Shown in pieces: positions 14,496 through 28,016 of a stretch of DNA of 64,000 nt. Position 1 is the first letter of the stretch. The number at the start of each line of letters is the position of its first letter. The DNA is from Octopus vulgaris. Its lineage: Eukaryota. The notes beneath the pieces are model-generated. The model saw only the letters and a program-made list of their open reading frames with translations, was not told the origin of the DNA and searched no databases. The translations under genes were made by a program, and so were the position numbers. The stretch covers positions 109,616,001 to 109,680,000 of the forward strand of contig OX597818.1 in the NCBI GenBank assembly GCA_951406725.2. Direction: 5' to 3'.

Positions 14496-14546
<51 letters not shown>

Positions 14547-17354
14547 AAACAAAGATGATATAGTCAACTTTTAATACACATATCTTTTAATATAGATTTG
14601 GAAGGAACAAGAATTGGCTCTTGCTCTGTAAATCCACTGGAAAAGCTCTCACCCTGCGTACCTGGTCATACAGAGACTATACCACTTTTTCAAATTTCAC
14701 GTCTTGGAACCTGGGTAAGATGTTTCTTCATATTAATAAATTGTTACTTATAACATAGATTGAACTTTTTCTAGGCTTATGTTTTTGATTTCAATTTTGA
14801 TTCATTAGTTACATCATTTGTGTGCCTTTTATGTTTCCAGGGGACTTATAAAGTAAGTTTTTGGATCAGGTCCTTCCCTCAGATTGAACTTGCACAGTTT
14901 GAATTCTGTTTGCGGAAATTTTCATAAATAAAAACAGAATCTTTCAGATAGAGTAAAATGTCTCCAGCAAAAATATGACCCTTGGATTATATAGAAACAC
15001 AGTCCAAGTTTTCCATTGTTAATGTCATCAGCCAGAATTGTCTTAGAGGACAACAGATGGCACCAGATCTGAAGAGAAAAGACAGAACTTGACAAATATG
15101 ACAAATAGATAAAATGAATGCCATAAGTTTAGTGACCTGAAGAGTGAAGCATAACAACTGGCTTATGTTTGCATTTGGCTGTCTGCACAGCTATGGTTGC
15201 TAAATTGTTGTGTTGCAGAAACAAGCGCCTACACTAACACCATTTTGCAAGTAAAGTCTTCAGCCTCTCTCAACACACATTCTTCTACTATGAACACAAC
15301 ACAGCTCCACAAACTCACTCCAATGTGTTTTTTTTTCTTTGAACCGCTGTGTTTCATGTTAATTTCTAACAATAAAAAAAGTTGTGTCTGGGGAGACTCA
15401 TTCTCTTTTGGTGCCTTATAATTTAACACACTCACTGGTAAAATTTCCACTTACTTGTGAGTATGTTAAATAATAAGGTACCGAAAGAGAATGACTCTCC
15501 CCAGACACTACAAAATATGCTTCAACACATGAACTCATATAAAGAATCTTGCAAACCAAATCCAAAAACGAAATAAAAAAATGATGAACTGAAAAGGGAA
15601 AAAAAACAATATATTCCATATTCACATAATACCTCCCTTACCTTAATCTTTAAATACCAGTCATATTCTAGGGAAAGTATAATTCATCTAAAAAGAAATT
15701 GTAAGCTTATACTTATGAAAGTCCCTTCCAGACCTATGGTAACATGGTGGTGGAACAAAACTGTAGACAGGGCCATTAGAGCAAAGAAACAAGCGTGGAA
15801 GGGTGGGGGTAGCAGGGAACTGTATCGGATAGCCAAAAGGGAAGCTAGGAGACAGGTCTATACATAGTCAAGGGAGTAGCAGAAAAGAAGTTTGCCAATG
15901 TTCTGGAACATGAGGACCAAAGAACGGAAGTATTTCGGATTGCAAGACAGTGTGTGATAGAAATGTGTCTGCATGGATGATGGTGCCCTTGTGTTTAATG
16001 ATTCTGTAAAGAAAGAGGCTTGAAGATGCCATTATGACAGATTGTTGAATGTGGAGAATGAATGGGAGGAGGAGAGTCTGCCAATGGTTGACCCACTTGA
16101 GGGACCAGAGTCAATCAATGAGGATGATGATGATGGAACTAATCCTCAGGAAGCCTAAGCAAAGATGTAACTGTTACCATGTAAACTGACAAATACAGTC
16201 ACGATAAAAAATGAATGTTGTTATTATTATAGTTGCTGTATTTCAGACGGCAAGCTGGCAGAATTGTTAGCACGCTGGACTAAATGCTTAGCAGTATTTC
16301 ACCCACCATTACGTTCTGAGTTCAAATTTCACTGAGGTCGACTTTATCTTTCATCCTTTCAGGGGTCAATAAAATAAGTACCAGTTGTATTCTGGGGATC
16401 GACGAAATTGACTACCCCCTCCCCCAAATTTCAGGCCTTGTGCTTATAGTAGAAAGGCTTACATTTGGTGTATTCTTATTTACATTATTTACATTATTTA
16501 CACTTGACAGATATTTGTCCTCATCTTGTTTGTTTTTAAAACGACGTTTTGGCTGATATATCCTCCAGCCTTCATCAGGTGTCTTGGGGAAATTCCAAAC
16601 CTGGGTTCTCATTCCTAAGGTATTTTTCAATGTAATAATAATAATAATGATGATAATAATAACAACAACATCGAAAATATCCCTTAGAAATGAGAACCCA
16701 GGTTCAAAATTTCCCCAAGACACCTGATGAAGGCTGGAGGGTATATCAGCCGAAACATTGTGTTATCAACAAACAAGATGAGGACAAATATCCGTCAAGT
16801 GCAAACAATGTACATAATTCCTCATCTCTTAAATATAGAACTGTATTTGGTGTATTGTTCTCTTCTCACTTTTGCAAAATTACAATTAAAAAACAAAATA
16901 TAAAAATCAGAATGAGATTTTGCTTTGTTTTAATTGCCATGTCACTGCTTCCATTGTTGACTTTGGAACTATTGACCGATTTTATCTGTATCATGTCAGC
17001 ACTTTCTATCCTATTCTCATCACCATTCCCATCATCACCAATATCCTCCTCCTCCTCACCACCACCACCACCATCACCACCACCACCACCACCCACCACC
17101 ACCACCACCACCACCACCACCACCACCACCACCACCACCACCACCACCACCACCACCATCATCAAATAAAATTTCATTGAAATGATGTTGAGAGGTTTTT
17201 TTCTGACTGAAATGATTCCACAAATTTTTCAGGTGGCAATAGATATGGTTAAAGTACGTCAGATAAAGTCTACCCATTTCGAACTGTGTCTCAATTACTC
17301 AAGCCATGAAGAAATTAAGTTACATGCATACATTGCCGGTAAGTAGTCAGTTGT

Positions 17355-17436
<82 letters not shown>

Positions 17437-20400
17437 GTGTATGCTTGTATATATGTGAGATAATAGTTTCAGTATTAATAGTGAAAGTATTAAACTGAAA
17501 GTATTATCTCATATCACAATAGAGATGTTATTGTTTCACTTTTGGCATGTAATACTGAAATAGTGTAAAAGATAAGAGATTGCTCTGGGCTCGCATTAGG
17601 CAAGAAGTTGAAAATTGTTTTGGCCCATGGCACTGCATGGACCCTAAGTAAGGCATGTGTAAAATTTGAATGAAATTGGTTGGATAGTTCTCAAGTTTTA
17701 GTGATGTACACATACAGACAGGCAGATAGGCACACATTCTCAGTTTTGTATATACAGATTATAATATTTCCATTATGTGTGGTCTATGGTGTGAATGCAT
17801 CTTAATTAAGGTTCTTTCCCCTGATCTAATTAAGGCTCTTTCTCCTTCTAAGTGTAATAAAATATTCTGTTCCCTTAATACCTAAAAATGTTCACAGTCA
17901 TATTGTATTTCAACGCTAACTCTGCTGTCTTCTACCCTGAAGTTTTATGGTCACTCACCATGAACATACTTTACAAGGAACTGTCTTATACTTGAATACT
18001 CAGTTCGCTTCACCCACCCCAGATGGGTAAAACCTTGAACAAAGCCACACAGGAATATCTGCCTGGGATAAGTATTGGGTTGTCCGGAAAGTTCATGCCG
18101 ATTTTTAAAGGAAAGAAAAAGGTCAATAAATACTTGCCGTTACATTTTTAATCAACCAAATCTGAATCATTTTGTTGCACTGCGTCTCCATCTTTCCTTT
18201 AATTTGAAAATAGCCTCTTCCCAGAAATGAGGTGGTTTCATGGCAAAGGATTCATCAAGGTATCTTTTTACGTCATCTAAGGAATTGAAATTTTTACCAT
18301 TAAGACTAATCTGCAGAGACCTGAATAATTGGAAATCCGAAGGAGCAATATCTGGTGAATATCGAGGGTGGGGTAACACATCCCTGCTGAGCTGTAGCAA
18401 TTTTTGTTTGGTTCCCAAAGCATCCCTTCAAGGCATTGCCCCAGCATGACCGCAGTCTGGTGATTAAGACAAGTGAAAAATACAAAAATACATTTGTTAC
18501 GTATATTTATCTCCGTTTGGTTGTAAAAGAAGCATTGCTCAATCGGGCTTTATGACTGTAAGTAATATCTATTTTCATATTTTGAAGATTCATGGAATTT
18601 TCCTGAATTAAAACCAGAGTTTTCCGCTTTTGTGATGATAAAATTCGAAGAAGTAGATGGAATCATTGTAAATGATTATGTTGATTTCCACACAAGCCCT
18701 ACCTATAAAAATATACAGGTGAGATAAACAAAATATATAATTTCTGAAGTAAATCTGGAATTTTCCATGAAGGAATTAATATTTTAAAAGGTTTTATGTT
18801 AAAAAAGGTGACATTTTATGGGACACATAGTGTCATCATCATCATCATCATCATCGTTTAATGTCCGTTTTCCATGCTAGTATGGGTTGGATGGTTCGAC
18901 TGGGGTCTGGGAAGCCAGGAAGCTGCACTAGACTCCAGTCTGGTCTGGCAGTGTTTCTACAGCTGGATGCCCTTCCTAATGCCAACCACTCCGTGAGTGT
19001 AGTGGGTGCTTTTTACGTGCCACCGGCACAGCTGCCAGGCAAGGCTGGCAACAGCCACGATCAGTTGGTGCTTTTTACGTGCCACCGGCACTGGTATCAC
19101 AACTACAATTTCCATTGATTTTTGATCGATTTCGATTTCATTTTATATAAATAACCTGTTTCTTCAATATTTATGACTGACTTAGTAATTTCTGCATTGA
19201 AAAAGTGCCTTAGAAGCGAAGCAGGCAGATTCTGCAGCTCAGTTTCAATTCCTGTTTTTGGTAACTTCTCTTCTAGATCTTGCTGTGCTTAACTTGTTGT
19301 AAAGTTAGCTGTGATAGATCCATGTATTGATGTCCAGGCTGGTGGTATTAATACCGTGGAACCCTTGTTATCTAGAGAAGTAATTTTAAAAGAAAACTTG
19401 ATATGATAATTTCTGATTTTTGATTTTAGTTACCTTTTGGAACATTCTGTGAAAATATGAAATTTCGTAACGTATCCTTGCCTAAAATACCAGATGTCTT
19501 CGCCATGCACTACGAGAAAGTATTCCTAAAGGAGATAACTACTGAAAAGGTGAGACTGAACTCTTTAGATAAAAATGTAGGAAGTTGTTAATCTTACGCC
19601 TTTCTTGAGAAAACAGTTCTATATTTAGGAGATGAGGAATTAATTACATTATTTACATTTGATGGATATTTCCCCAAGATACTTGATGAAGGCTGGGGCA
19701 GGTATATCAGCCATGGGCATATGGCGTAGTGGTTAAGAGCGTGGGCTACTAACCCCAAGTTCCCAAGTTCAATTCCAGGCAGTGACCTGAATAATAATAA
19801 TTTCAATAATAATAATAATAATGATAATAATATTCATCATCATCGTTTAACGTCCGTTTTCCATGCTAGCATGGGTTGGACAGTTCGACTGGGGTCTGGG
19901 AAGCCAGGAGGCTGCACCAGGCTCCAGTCTGATCTGGCAGTGTTTCTACAGCTGGATGCCCTTTCTAACGTCAACCACTCCATGAGTGTAGTTTGTGCTT
20001 TTTATGTGCCACTGGCACAGGTGCCAGGGTAGGCTGGCAATGGCCACGATCGGTTGGTGCTTTTTACGTGTCACCGGCACGGAAGCCAGTCAAGGCGGCG
20101 CTGGCATCAGCCACGTACGGATGGTGCATTTTATGTGCCACTGGCACAGGTATCATAACTACAATTTCCATTTGAGTTTTTGATGTTGATGGTTATTATT
20201 TTTTGATGTTGCTGTGTTTACATTGCCATATCTAAGTGGTTTGATAAAAGAGACCGACAGAGTAAGTACCAGGCTTAAAAAAATAACTGCCTGGCTTGAT
20301 TCATTCGGCTAAAATTCTTCAGGGCTCTGCTGCAGCGTGGCCACAGTCCAGTAGCTGAAACAAGTAAACGATGGAAGAAAATTAAACATCAGACATTAAC

Positions 20401-23400
20401 TCCTGCATCAACGATATAACTTCATACAATTATTCAGAGTAAATACCATTTTACTTTTTGTAGGAAGATAATTTTAAAGATAGACTCAATGTAGATTGAT
20501 CTCAAATGAAATAAAATGGATGTTTTATTGATGGGGAACCATTGTAATTGTGTAAGTTCTGTATTATTAGTTCAGCATTTCAAAAACGATTTATAATTAC
20601 TTTTTGCAGATAATATATAACAATCGTTTATTTTTGTTTCTACTCTTCTACAGTTAACATTTGACCTGAACAAGAAATATGTTTTGTATGAAATAGAAAA
20701 CCAAAATGTCTCCCATGGTGCCAATATAATCATATATGACTACTACACGGGTAAGATAGTAAATATTTATGACAAGTTTTAAAGTTTCTCAGATATGATG
20801 TATATATGTTACGCAGGGTGTGCTAAGCAGTGATGTGTCTAAATGCAATGTTATTATCAGTTCAGATACTTCAGCCACCGTTCCCTGTGTTTTGTCATGG
20901 AGAAAATTTCGTACTGTAGACAAATGGTGCAAATACACCTAAATCAGCTCACAGCGCCATCTATCCAGACTGTAAAATGCAAGCATTTCGGAGTTGTTAT
21001 ATCCTGAGCTGGCAGACACGTTAGCGCACCGGGCGAAATACTTAGCAGTATTTTGTCTGTCGTTACGTTCTGAGTTCAAATTCCGCCGAGGTCGACTTTG
21101 ACTTTCATCCTTTCGAGGTCAATAAATAAAGTACCAGTTTCATACTGGGGTCGATGTAATCGACTTAATCCCTTTGTCTATCCTTGTTTGTCCCCTCTAT
21201 GTTTAGCCCCCTGTGGGCAATAAAGAAATATATATCCTCTTCAGTCACAGAGACCAGACGGTGACTTTGTGAGCTGATAAGGGAGACAATCTCTCTTAAG
21301 TCATTCCAGTTAACATAGGTCAGCTGGTAGTGCAGATCAACATGTCATTTATGCGTATTACCGCTTAGTGCTTCCAGCCCATAATTTAATCACGCCGAGC
21401 CATCAATTCGCATGACCAGCTTCCGTATGTTGACTGGAATAACAAAAGAGAAATTGTGTCTCTTGTCAGCTCACAGTGCCAACATTGGGTTTGTGGGTCT
21501 GAAAAGGAGATAACCACTCTGAAATGCTTACATCTCATAATCTGGATAGGTGGCTCAGTGATTTTGTTTTGCGTACATTTACACCATTTGTCTACAGTGG
21601 GAAATTTTCTCCATGACAAAACACAGGGAATGACTTGTTTATGAAGTTTGAATGTGTCACTGGCATATTTGAACTGGTAATAACATTTCAGATGTATGTA
21701 TGGTCTTATCTGCACCATTATAAGGAAAATACGTTTAGCTCAAAAAAGTAATGGTCGTTACCACCTCAAAGCAATTGTTCCATACTGAACACTGTTACTA
21801 CTCCTCTAAACAGCTGGTTAATGATACATGATCTGTGTCCGTTATATTGCAAACGAAGGAGCAAACAACTCCCATCTAGAACCGACAGGAATCAATAGAC
21901 TAACTGGTTTCTGGTTATAACCCTTCATCGGTACTGGTTATACCTATCTGCTAGACATGGCAGTCGTTAATCCTAGTTTGCAATATATAAATAACTAAAC
22001 GACACACTCCCGCTGATCTTACATTCAGCCAAGTAGCTAGTTCTAAAATCTCTACATGAGATCAGCATCCATGCTGATTGGTGATAGAGTATGGGCAGAT
22101 TTTTCAAATCCAATGAATCCTTATACATTTATACAGTTAGGAAATTTTACAAATACACTTTTTCAAGGAGATATGATAAACCTGTTATAATGGGTAATAC
22201 TACATGTACTTTTCATATTTTTTATATTGTGATGTAATTCTTTGGACTAACAATGTTTGCAGCTGAAGAGAGCTTTAAACCATCTTTTATATCAATAATA
22301 CACTGATGTAATAACGGATTGTTTATAAAGCTTGAAACATGTGTACCGCGATATCCCTTGTGTCTGTTTTTAATTTATATTTGATACATACTCTCTCACC
22401 TCTGCCAGTATCTGGCATATACAGGTGCTTACACTTATCAAGAATTCACTCTCAATTTATATATATATATATATATATATAAGGGCAGAAGAAAAATTCT
22501 AATGCCAGATACGCCGAAACAAAAAATTGTCGATAGCCATTAAATTTATGCGTCTCGAAACAAACTAATAGAAATCTCTAAAAAATTCGTTATTACCATA
22601 TTGGTCCAATTTCGGGGTTAATTCACAAGAAATTTTCCCCTCTTCAGCGGCAAATACGCGAGATATAAATGAAATACTTACTCATACCCTTGTTTTGAGA
22701 TGCATAAATTTAATGGTTATCGACAATTTTTTGTTTCGGCATATCTGGCATTAGAATTTTTCTTCTGCCCTTATCTTGTAAATTATGTATAAATTTTACC
22801 TTTAAAGGCATTTTTTGATATGCTGGCCATTGATAAAATTTTTTTTCTTGAAAAAAATTTTATCCTATATTAATTATATATATATATATATATACTAGAA
22901 AATGTTTGAGATCTTTGGTACTGTTAGCTTTATTTGAAAAACGAAAAAAGAATAACTTCACTGGTAGTTCTAATCAGTTTGATTCACTATTTTTTAATTT
23001 CACACTTTACTTCATGTACTTCATCTATGAACTAAAGTGTAAAATTTAAAAAATAATAAATTAAACGGATTAGAACTCGCAGTGAAGTTATTCTTCTTTG
23101 TTTTTTAAATATATACATATATATGAGTGAATGTGTGTGTGTGTGTGTGTGTTTGTCTCTCCCTACAATGGGTGGTGGTTTGTTTACATCCCTGTAACAC
23201 TAGCAATTTGCCGAAAAAGAGCAATAGAGTAAATATCAAGCTTCAGAAAGTAAGTACTGAGATTTATTCCTTTGATCAAAATTGTTCAAGGCGGTGCTAC
23301 AGTATGGTCACAACTTAATGACTGAAACAAATAAAAGAATGCCACAACTTACAGGTGGAACCAGAAAATGAGTGAATTTTAAAATCTTTGGTTTTTATAT

Positions 23401-23865
23401 ATAATTTAACATAATTTAACATATTATGACAAGTTCTATGACCATTGAAGAATATTTATTGTATGAATGCCGTTATGTTGATTTCATTACAGGTCACAAA
23501 TACACAATTATTAAAGCAACAGGGCAATGCCAGAATGTTGAGATACTTCAGAATGGCGATCTGTTTGTGGAAGGATCTTCTTCAAAATTGAAAATGACTG
23601 ATGCCTTAAGTTTCTTCTATCTGAAGAAATCCACCTTCGAATATATTGGAATGGTATGTATTATGAAACATCAAATTCATGGTTCAGTTCTATATTTAAG
23701 AGATGAGGAATTATGTACATTATTTACATTATTTACATTCGACGGATATTTGTCCTCATCTTGTTTATTATTAACACGACGTTTCGGCTGATATACCCTC
23801 CAGCCTTCATCAGGTGTCCTAGGGAAGTTTCAAACCTGGGTTCTCATTCCTAAGGTATTTTTCGA

Positions 23866-23904
<39 letters not shown>

Positions 23905-24023
23905 CATTATTCAGGTCACTGCCTGGAATCGAACTTGGAATCTTGGGGTTAGTAGCCCACACTCTTAACCACAACGCCATATACCCACGGGCATATGGCA
24001 AGTTCAATTCCAGGCAGTGACCC

Positions 24024-24071
<48 letters not shown>

Positions 24072-25875
24072 CATCAAAAAATACCTTAGGAATAAGAACC
24101 CAGGTTTGAAATTTCCCCAAGACACCAGGCACATCACTGAAGATGTGTCCAGATACATGTCATTGGTGTATGCACACAATGAGAACAGTGGTTCGAAGGT
24201 CAATGAAGAAAAAAATCAAAAGTGAATTGTGTGATTCATAAGATATTCACATTTAAAACAGCCAGAAAATATTGACAATGTGTTGATCTGACAGCTGGTG
24301 GCGACTGGTTAAATTGGTGAATGGGAATATGCTTCTTGGGCTGCATTTAGAAGTAACTGAACAACACCCATGGACATTCAACAGATGGTTTATTTGTCAC
24401 ACATAAAGACAAACTGTGTTAGTCTTTTACAGATAACAACAGCAATAATTCCATACTGGGAGAGAGATACTGATGCAGCAACATTTGGCTTGCCCAACAT
24501 AATTGGAAACAAATGTTCTATATTCATGGCAATGGAGGTTCTTGGTAATCTGTCTGAGCTGTTTGAATAGGCCATCTGGTGTGGCAAGGATGGGAACACA
24601 TCTCACTGGGTTGCTTCAACATTCTGCAATTAATTACTGCCAAAAGAAGCCTTTTATAGAATTCAGGAAGGTTCTAGAAGACAAAAACATGGGATGGCTT
24701 AACCCTGATTGGTTTCTCAATAGACCATTCACGTGAGACAGTCGTGATGCCTGACCGGTTTTCCAGGGATTTGCTTTTGAATCTCCGCTACTATACGTTA
24801 AATAATTTTTATTTCATTTCTAAATATTCCTTTCATTTATTTGGAATTAAAAGCTTCATCCAGTTGTTTTAGAATGGGACAAAGGCAGTGAGACTTTGTA
24901 ACATTGTTCCATTAACATTTGTCTCTTTCATCTTTATTTTTCTGGTCACTCCTTTCGATTAAATATTTCATCCCTTACTTTTAGCAATTTGTCTGAGATT
25001 TTAAACTTAGATGTAATATCCTTGTATTTTTAGCGTCAACTCCGTGGTGTCTTGTGTAATGTGTGGGCTGGATATCATTTTGACGAGGATTCCAGAGAAA
25101 ACACCACTATAGAATGGTATTTTACGCAGGTAATTTTTGAAATTCAATAACAGGATTCAAATTCATTTTCAAATAGTCATTAAATGAGTTTGGAAAATAA
25201 ATTATGTCCCCCCACCCCAATATGTCCTAAGTTCAGTAAATTTATGCATTCACATACAATGTTCTGAGCCATTCTTCAAATATGCAATGTTATGGAAAAA
25301 TGTAGTTTATTTTCAAGTATATTCGATTAGCCACTACACACATTTTTTTCTCTCGTTTTTTTTTTTTCTGTGTCCCTTTCTGTAGAAGAGTGTAGGCTCG
25401 AAACGTAAAAGACTTTTTTCTATTCCTGAGCGTTATACTAATACATCTGTTTGTTTTGTACACCACCTGTCTTCGTCTTTTGTTTTTTTCGTAAACCCTC
25501 CCTATATAAACAAATAACTTGCTTATCTTCTGATGTAAAGGAAAACATAAGGTAAGTATCAAAGCCAGGTCAATATCAATAACTCAGAACAACAAATCAA
25601 TCAATTGTTTAATCAACTAGATAAAAATTATGTGGTCGAGTAGAAATAAGGTATGGCTGTGTGGTAAGAAGCTTGCTTCCCAACCACATGGTTCCGGTTT
25701 CAGTCCCTCTGCATGGCACCTTAAATGAGCTTTTCCGTTTCTTTTCGCCTTATATAATAATAATAATGAAATTATTATATACAGTGCTCAGGTGCAAGTG
25801 TCTTGTACTATAGCCCCTGGCCGACCAAAGTCTTGGGAATTGATTTGGTAGACGGAAATTGAAAGAAACCAGTCG

Positions 25876-25908
<33 letters not shown>

Positions 25909-26575
25909 ATTGCAGCATGGAAGATGTTTATAAACCATTTAAAAACACACAAAAACCATTAAATTCACTTCAACATTAAAATTTAATTTTTTATAATATT
26001 TTCATTGCTTTGAAATCGCAAACTGTTCACAGACAAAATTCTGTGAGTGACAGGTCATGGTTTCAAAGTGACGAAAATATTTTGACAAATTAAATTTAAA
26101 TGTTGAAGTGAATATAATGGTTTTTGTGCGTTTTTAAATAGTTTATAAAAATCTCCCATGCTGCAATTGTTTTCGTTCCTGCACACTAGATCAGATCAAG
26201 TCACTTGCTATGCAAGTACATCTCCCTATATATATATTATGTCTATTAATTCATTTTGCAAGATTCCTGATGTGAAATCATGTATAGAAACAGATATTAT
26301 TGTATTCACACATACTATATATTTTTTCTTCACTCGTTTATTACTGTTGTTAATTTATTATCTTAACTCATGCCCTTTGTCCGGAAATGTTTGGTCACAC
26401 ATCTGTGACCTCTTCAGTGACACTTTTTGTTTTCATGTGTGTTCTAGCTCCACTTACTCTATTGGAGTGAAATAATAAAATAAAAACAGCAATAAACGAG
26501 TGAGGGAAAAATATAATATAGTGCGTGTGTTTATTTTGTAAATAAAAAAATTACCATGCTGAAATACAACAATAG

Positions 26576-26611
<36 letters not shown>

Positions 26612-27493
26612 ATATATATATATATGTTGAACACAACTTGCACATGCAAGTGCTACCAGTTGAGAACTGTGTATAGCAGAAGCTAGTAAGAAGTGTATGG
26701 GGTCATCAGGTGAGATTGCGTGCCATTTAGGTATATCAAATTCAACTTATGTTGAAAGTCAAGAAACAAAATTTGCTTTAGAAGCGTTATGCACTGGGGT
26801 CGATGTAATCAACTAGCACCCTTCTCCCCAAATTTTCAAGGCCTTGAGCCTTGCGTAGAAGTAATTATCTCTAATTGCATTTATGGAATCTTATTATATT
26901 GTGAAGTCTTCAATGTTCTCTGTTTTGTTTTGTTTTTTTGTTTTTTTCAGAAAAATTGGACAGACAATATCGGTGAAACTGCTGAAAGATTTGTCATCTT
27001 CCGTATGGATGTTTGGATGGTGCGTACATTTTGTATTTGATGTATTAACAAACTTCAATAAGTTATGAATTTATTTATCATTTGTGTTATTTTACTGGAA
27101 ACTACATTTCTGAGCCTCCTTATGTTTAAAGTTCAAATAAGAATCTAATTTCCACCTACGACCATTTCGAATGATAAGACCAACATGTTACAAAGATTAT
27201 AATTATTGTGTTTCTTACTTGTTGGTATTATCATTCAAAACGGTCGTAGGTGGAGATTAAATTCCAATTTGAACTTTAAACATCTTCTCTTCCCCGTTTT
27301 TCTAATTGTTAGTAGTGTTTTATATATAAGATTTTATCTTATACATGCCTATAATGAACTTTTTACTTGTTATCTTCATATTTTAAATGCCTGCTATAGC
27401 AGACTATCATTTTGATATAATGAATATTTATTAGAAATATATTGTTTTGGACCCCACCAAAAGTTTGAATTGTTCTACTTGAGCTTATTCTTT

Positions 27494-27542
<49 letters not shown>

Positions 27543-27721
27543 ACATATATATGTGCATGTGTATATTTATGTATATATAAGTGTGTATAACCATAGGTAC
27601 ATACTTATATATAAAAATAATTTATAGTCTACGGACAATTTTTACACATGCTGGCCACTGGTATAAATTATTATTTAAAATTATTTTTACCCTTAGTATA
27701 TTTATATTTGTATGTGTATAT

Positions 27722-27754
<33 letters not shown>

Positions 27755-27972
27755 AAGTTAATCCAAACATGAAAACACAAAGAGAAAACACAACAACGCG
27801 AGGACGTGGAACAAGTATAGTATTATTGGATGCTCAGGAAAGAAGGAAAAAAGGAGGATTTAACGTTTCGAGTGGAACTCTTTGTCAGAAACATAGGAAA
27901 GGGAAAGATCCAAAGAAGGGAAGATGGAAGAAAAAAAATCGCCAACGGTACACACGCGGTCACATTTTGAAT

Positions 27973-28016
<44 letters not shown>

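Noticed and set aside
16690-17277. Poly-Thr/His/Pro ORFs resembling a mucin exon
   Set aside because: This is an (ACC)n microsatellite. Exons 3 and 4 join in phase without it and there are no convincing splice sites.
19715-19787. tRNA gene candidates (also 23915-23987, 36499-36570, 50680-50755)
   Set aside because: They are heads of multicopy repeats with imperfect acceptor stems and run straight into the repeat body.
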